Positions 63,589 through 64,000 of a stretch of DNA of 64,000 nt are shown here, one piece after another. The position numbers and the translations under genes were made by a program. Source of the stretch: a bacterium (GTDB taxonomy: Bacteria > Zhuqueibacterota > QNDG01 > JAGLOF01). The notes beneath the pieces were generated by a model that saw only the letters and a program-made list of their open reading frames with translations, was not told where the DNA came from and ran no database searches. The stretch spans positions 11,211-75,210 of the forward strand of contig JAFGRY010000051.1 in NCBI GenBank assembly GCA_016934955.1. The letters are read 5' to 3'. Every line of letters begins with the position of its first letter. The first letter of the stretch is position 1.

Positions 63589-64000
63589 CTAAAAGTTACC
63601 CGGCATATAGAATTTGACACCCATAGGCGGATTCAGGATCTGTTTCATCAAATCCTCAAGCACCGCCCTGTTGCCCACAAAATCTATTTCAGAGGTGTTG
63701 ATCACCAGCAGCGGCGTTTCCGTATACCTGAAAAAGAATTCGTTATAGGCATCGTTCAGCCGCTTGATATAGTCCGAAGACATGTGCTTTTCATATTTAC
63801 GGTTGCGTTTGCGGATATTCTCGAGAAGCTTTTCCGTGCTGGACTGCAGATAGATGACGAGATCCGGTTTCGGCAGCTCCGTCTCCATGAGCGTGGCGAT
63901 GCGTTCATACAGCACAAGATCGCGCTTCTCCAGGTTCATATAGGCGAAAATCTTGTCCTTGGAGAAGATGAAATCAGCGATCATATAGGGGTGGAAGAGG
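63589..64000 (-). CDS. Deoxynucleoside kinase (partial; N-terminus beyond the window edge)
   Basis: The C-terminal two thirds of a dNK-family protein are present (DLVIYLQSSTEKLLENIRKRNRKYE, LLVINTSEIDF). The reading frame stays open upstream of the M at 63984 to position 64000, and the P-loop region is missing. Confidence 0.8.
   Translation of the reverse strand, partial: LFHPYMIADFIFSKDKIFAYMNLEKRDLVLYERIATLMETELPKPDLVIYLQSSTEKLLENIRKRNRKYEKHMSSDYIKRLNDAYNEFFFRYTETPLLVINTSEIDFVGNRAVLEDLMKQILNPPMGVKFYMPGNF

Noticed and set aside
63386-63592. A 68-aa plus-strand ORF in the ridA-dNK gap.
   Set aside because: The opposite strand encodes a small TM protein with a family-like C-terminal motif and the correct orientation. 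The plus-strand peptide has no features and would be the only plus-strand gene in 64 kb.
1-64000. A search by eye for CRISPR arrays, tRNA or rRNA genes, IS elements, integrases, toxin-antitoxin pairs and known defence modules.
   Set aside because: Intergenic spaces are too short (all 213 nt or less) and show no repeat-spacer periodicity or cloverleaf-like sequences. No ORF shows transposase, recombinase, nuclease-helicase or reverse-transcriptase motifs. Repeats inside genes (FG-GAP, TPR, hexapeptide) are protein-domain repeats.

Overview
The window holds about 58 protein-coding genes, and every credible one is on the minus strand. I saw no rRNA, tRNA, CRISPR array, transposase, integrase or recognisable defence module. 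(1) Coordinates 6-46011 form one tightly packed glycan assembly and export supercluster of about 46 kb and 35 genes, with many 1-, 4- and 8-nt start/stop overlaps. Its core is Wza, a Wzc tyrosine autokinase, a WbaP-type initiating phosphoglycosyl transferase, two Wzx flippases and a Wzy/O-antigen-ligase-like protein. It also has GT4 and GT2 transferases, three tandem polyprenyl-phosphate sugar synthase paralogs (GtrB/ArnC/DPM1-like) and three to four GT-C (ArnT/PMT-like) membrane proteins. Predicted decoration enzymes are a carbamoyltransferase with SxtJ- and SxtK-like partners, an MBOAT with an SGNH-like partner, a hexapeptide acyltransferase fused to a GT2, a CE4 deacetylase, a SAM methyltransferase and two AsnB-type amidotransferases. 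Sugar-nucleotide enzymes are RmlD-like, UDP-glucuronate-4-epimerase-like and a further SDR, and there is a GlpD-like flavoenzyme. A secreted FG-GAP/dockerin/cohesin protein with a T9SS C-terminal sorting domain sits in the middle of the cluster. (2) Coordinates 46.1-64 kb are a housekeeping mosaic: a STAS-domain protein, a divergent glgA-like gene, a YbgF-like TPR lipoprotein, lgt, purH, purN, a GWxTD protein, rimO, ftsY, purF, PHP, YfiM-like, HD, DUF5683-like, ridA, a small membrane protein and a partial deoxynucleoside kinase. Between purF and ftsY lies a compact isoprenoid-lipid module: a UbiA prenyltransferase, a 2x[4Fe-4S] ferredoxin, a geranylgeranyl reductase and a CDP-alcohol phosphatidyltransferase. 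The T9SS sorting domain and the GWxTD, DUF5683-like and DUF4834-like proteins suggest an FCB-superphylum bacterium, but this is inference only. The best candidates for something new are the lipid-phosphate-sugar synthase plus GT-C array (one paralog has lost its DxD motif), the T9SS cargo inside the glycan operon, the SxtI/J/K-like carbamoylation triad (including a 52-aa ORF missing from the ORF track), and the ferredoxin-coupled GGR/UbiA module. All family assignments come from motif recognition by eye; no database search was run.
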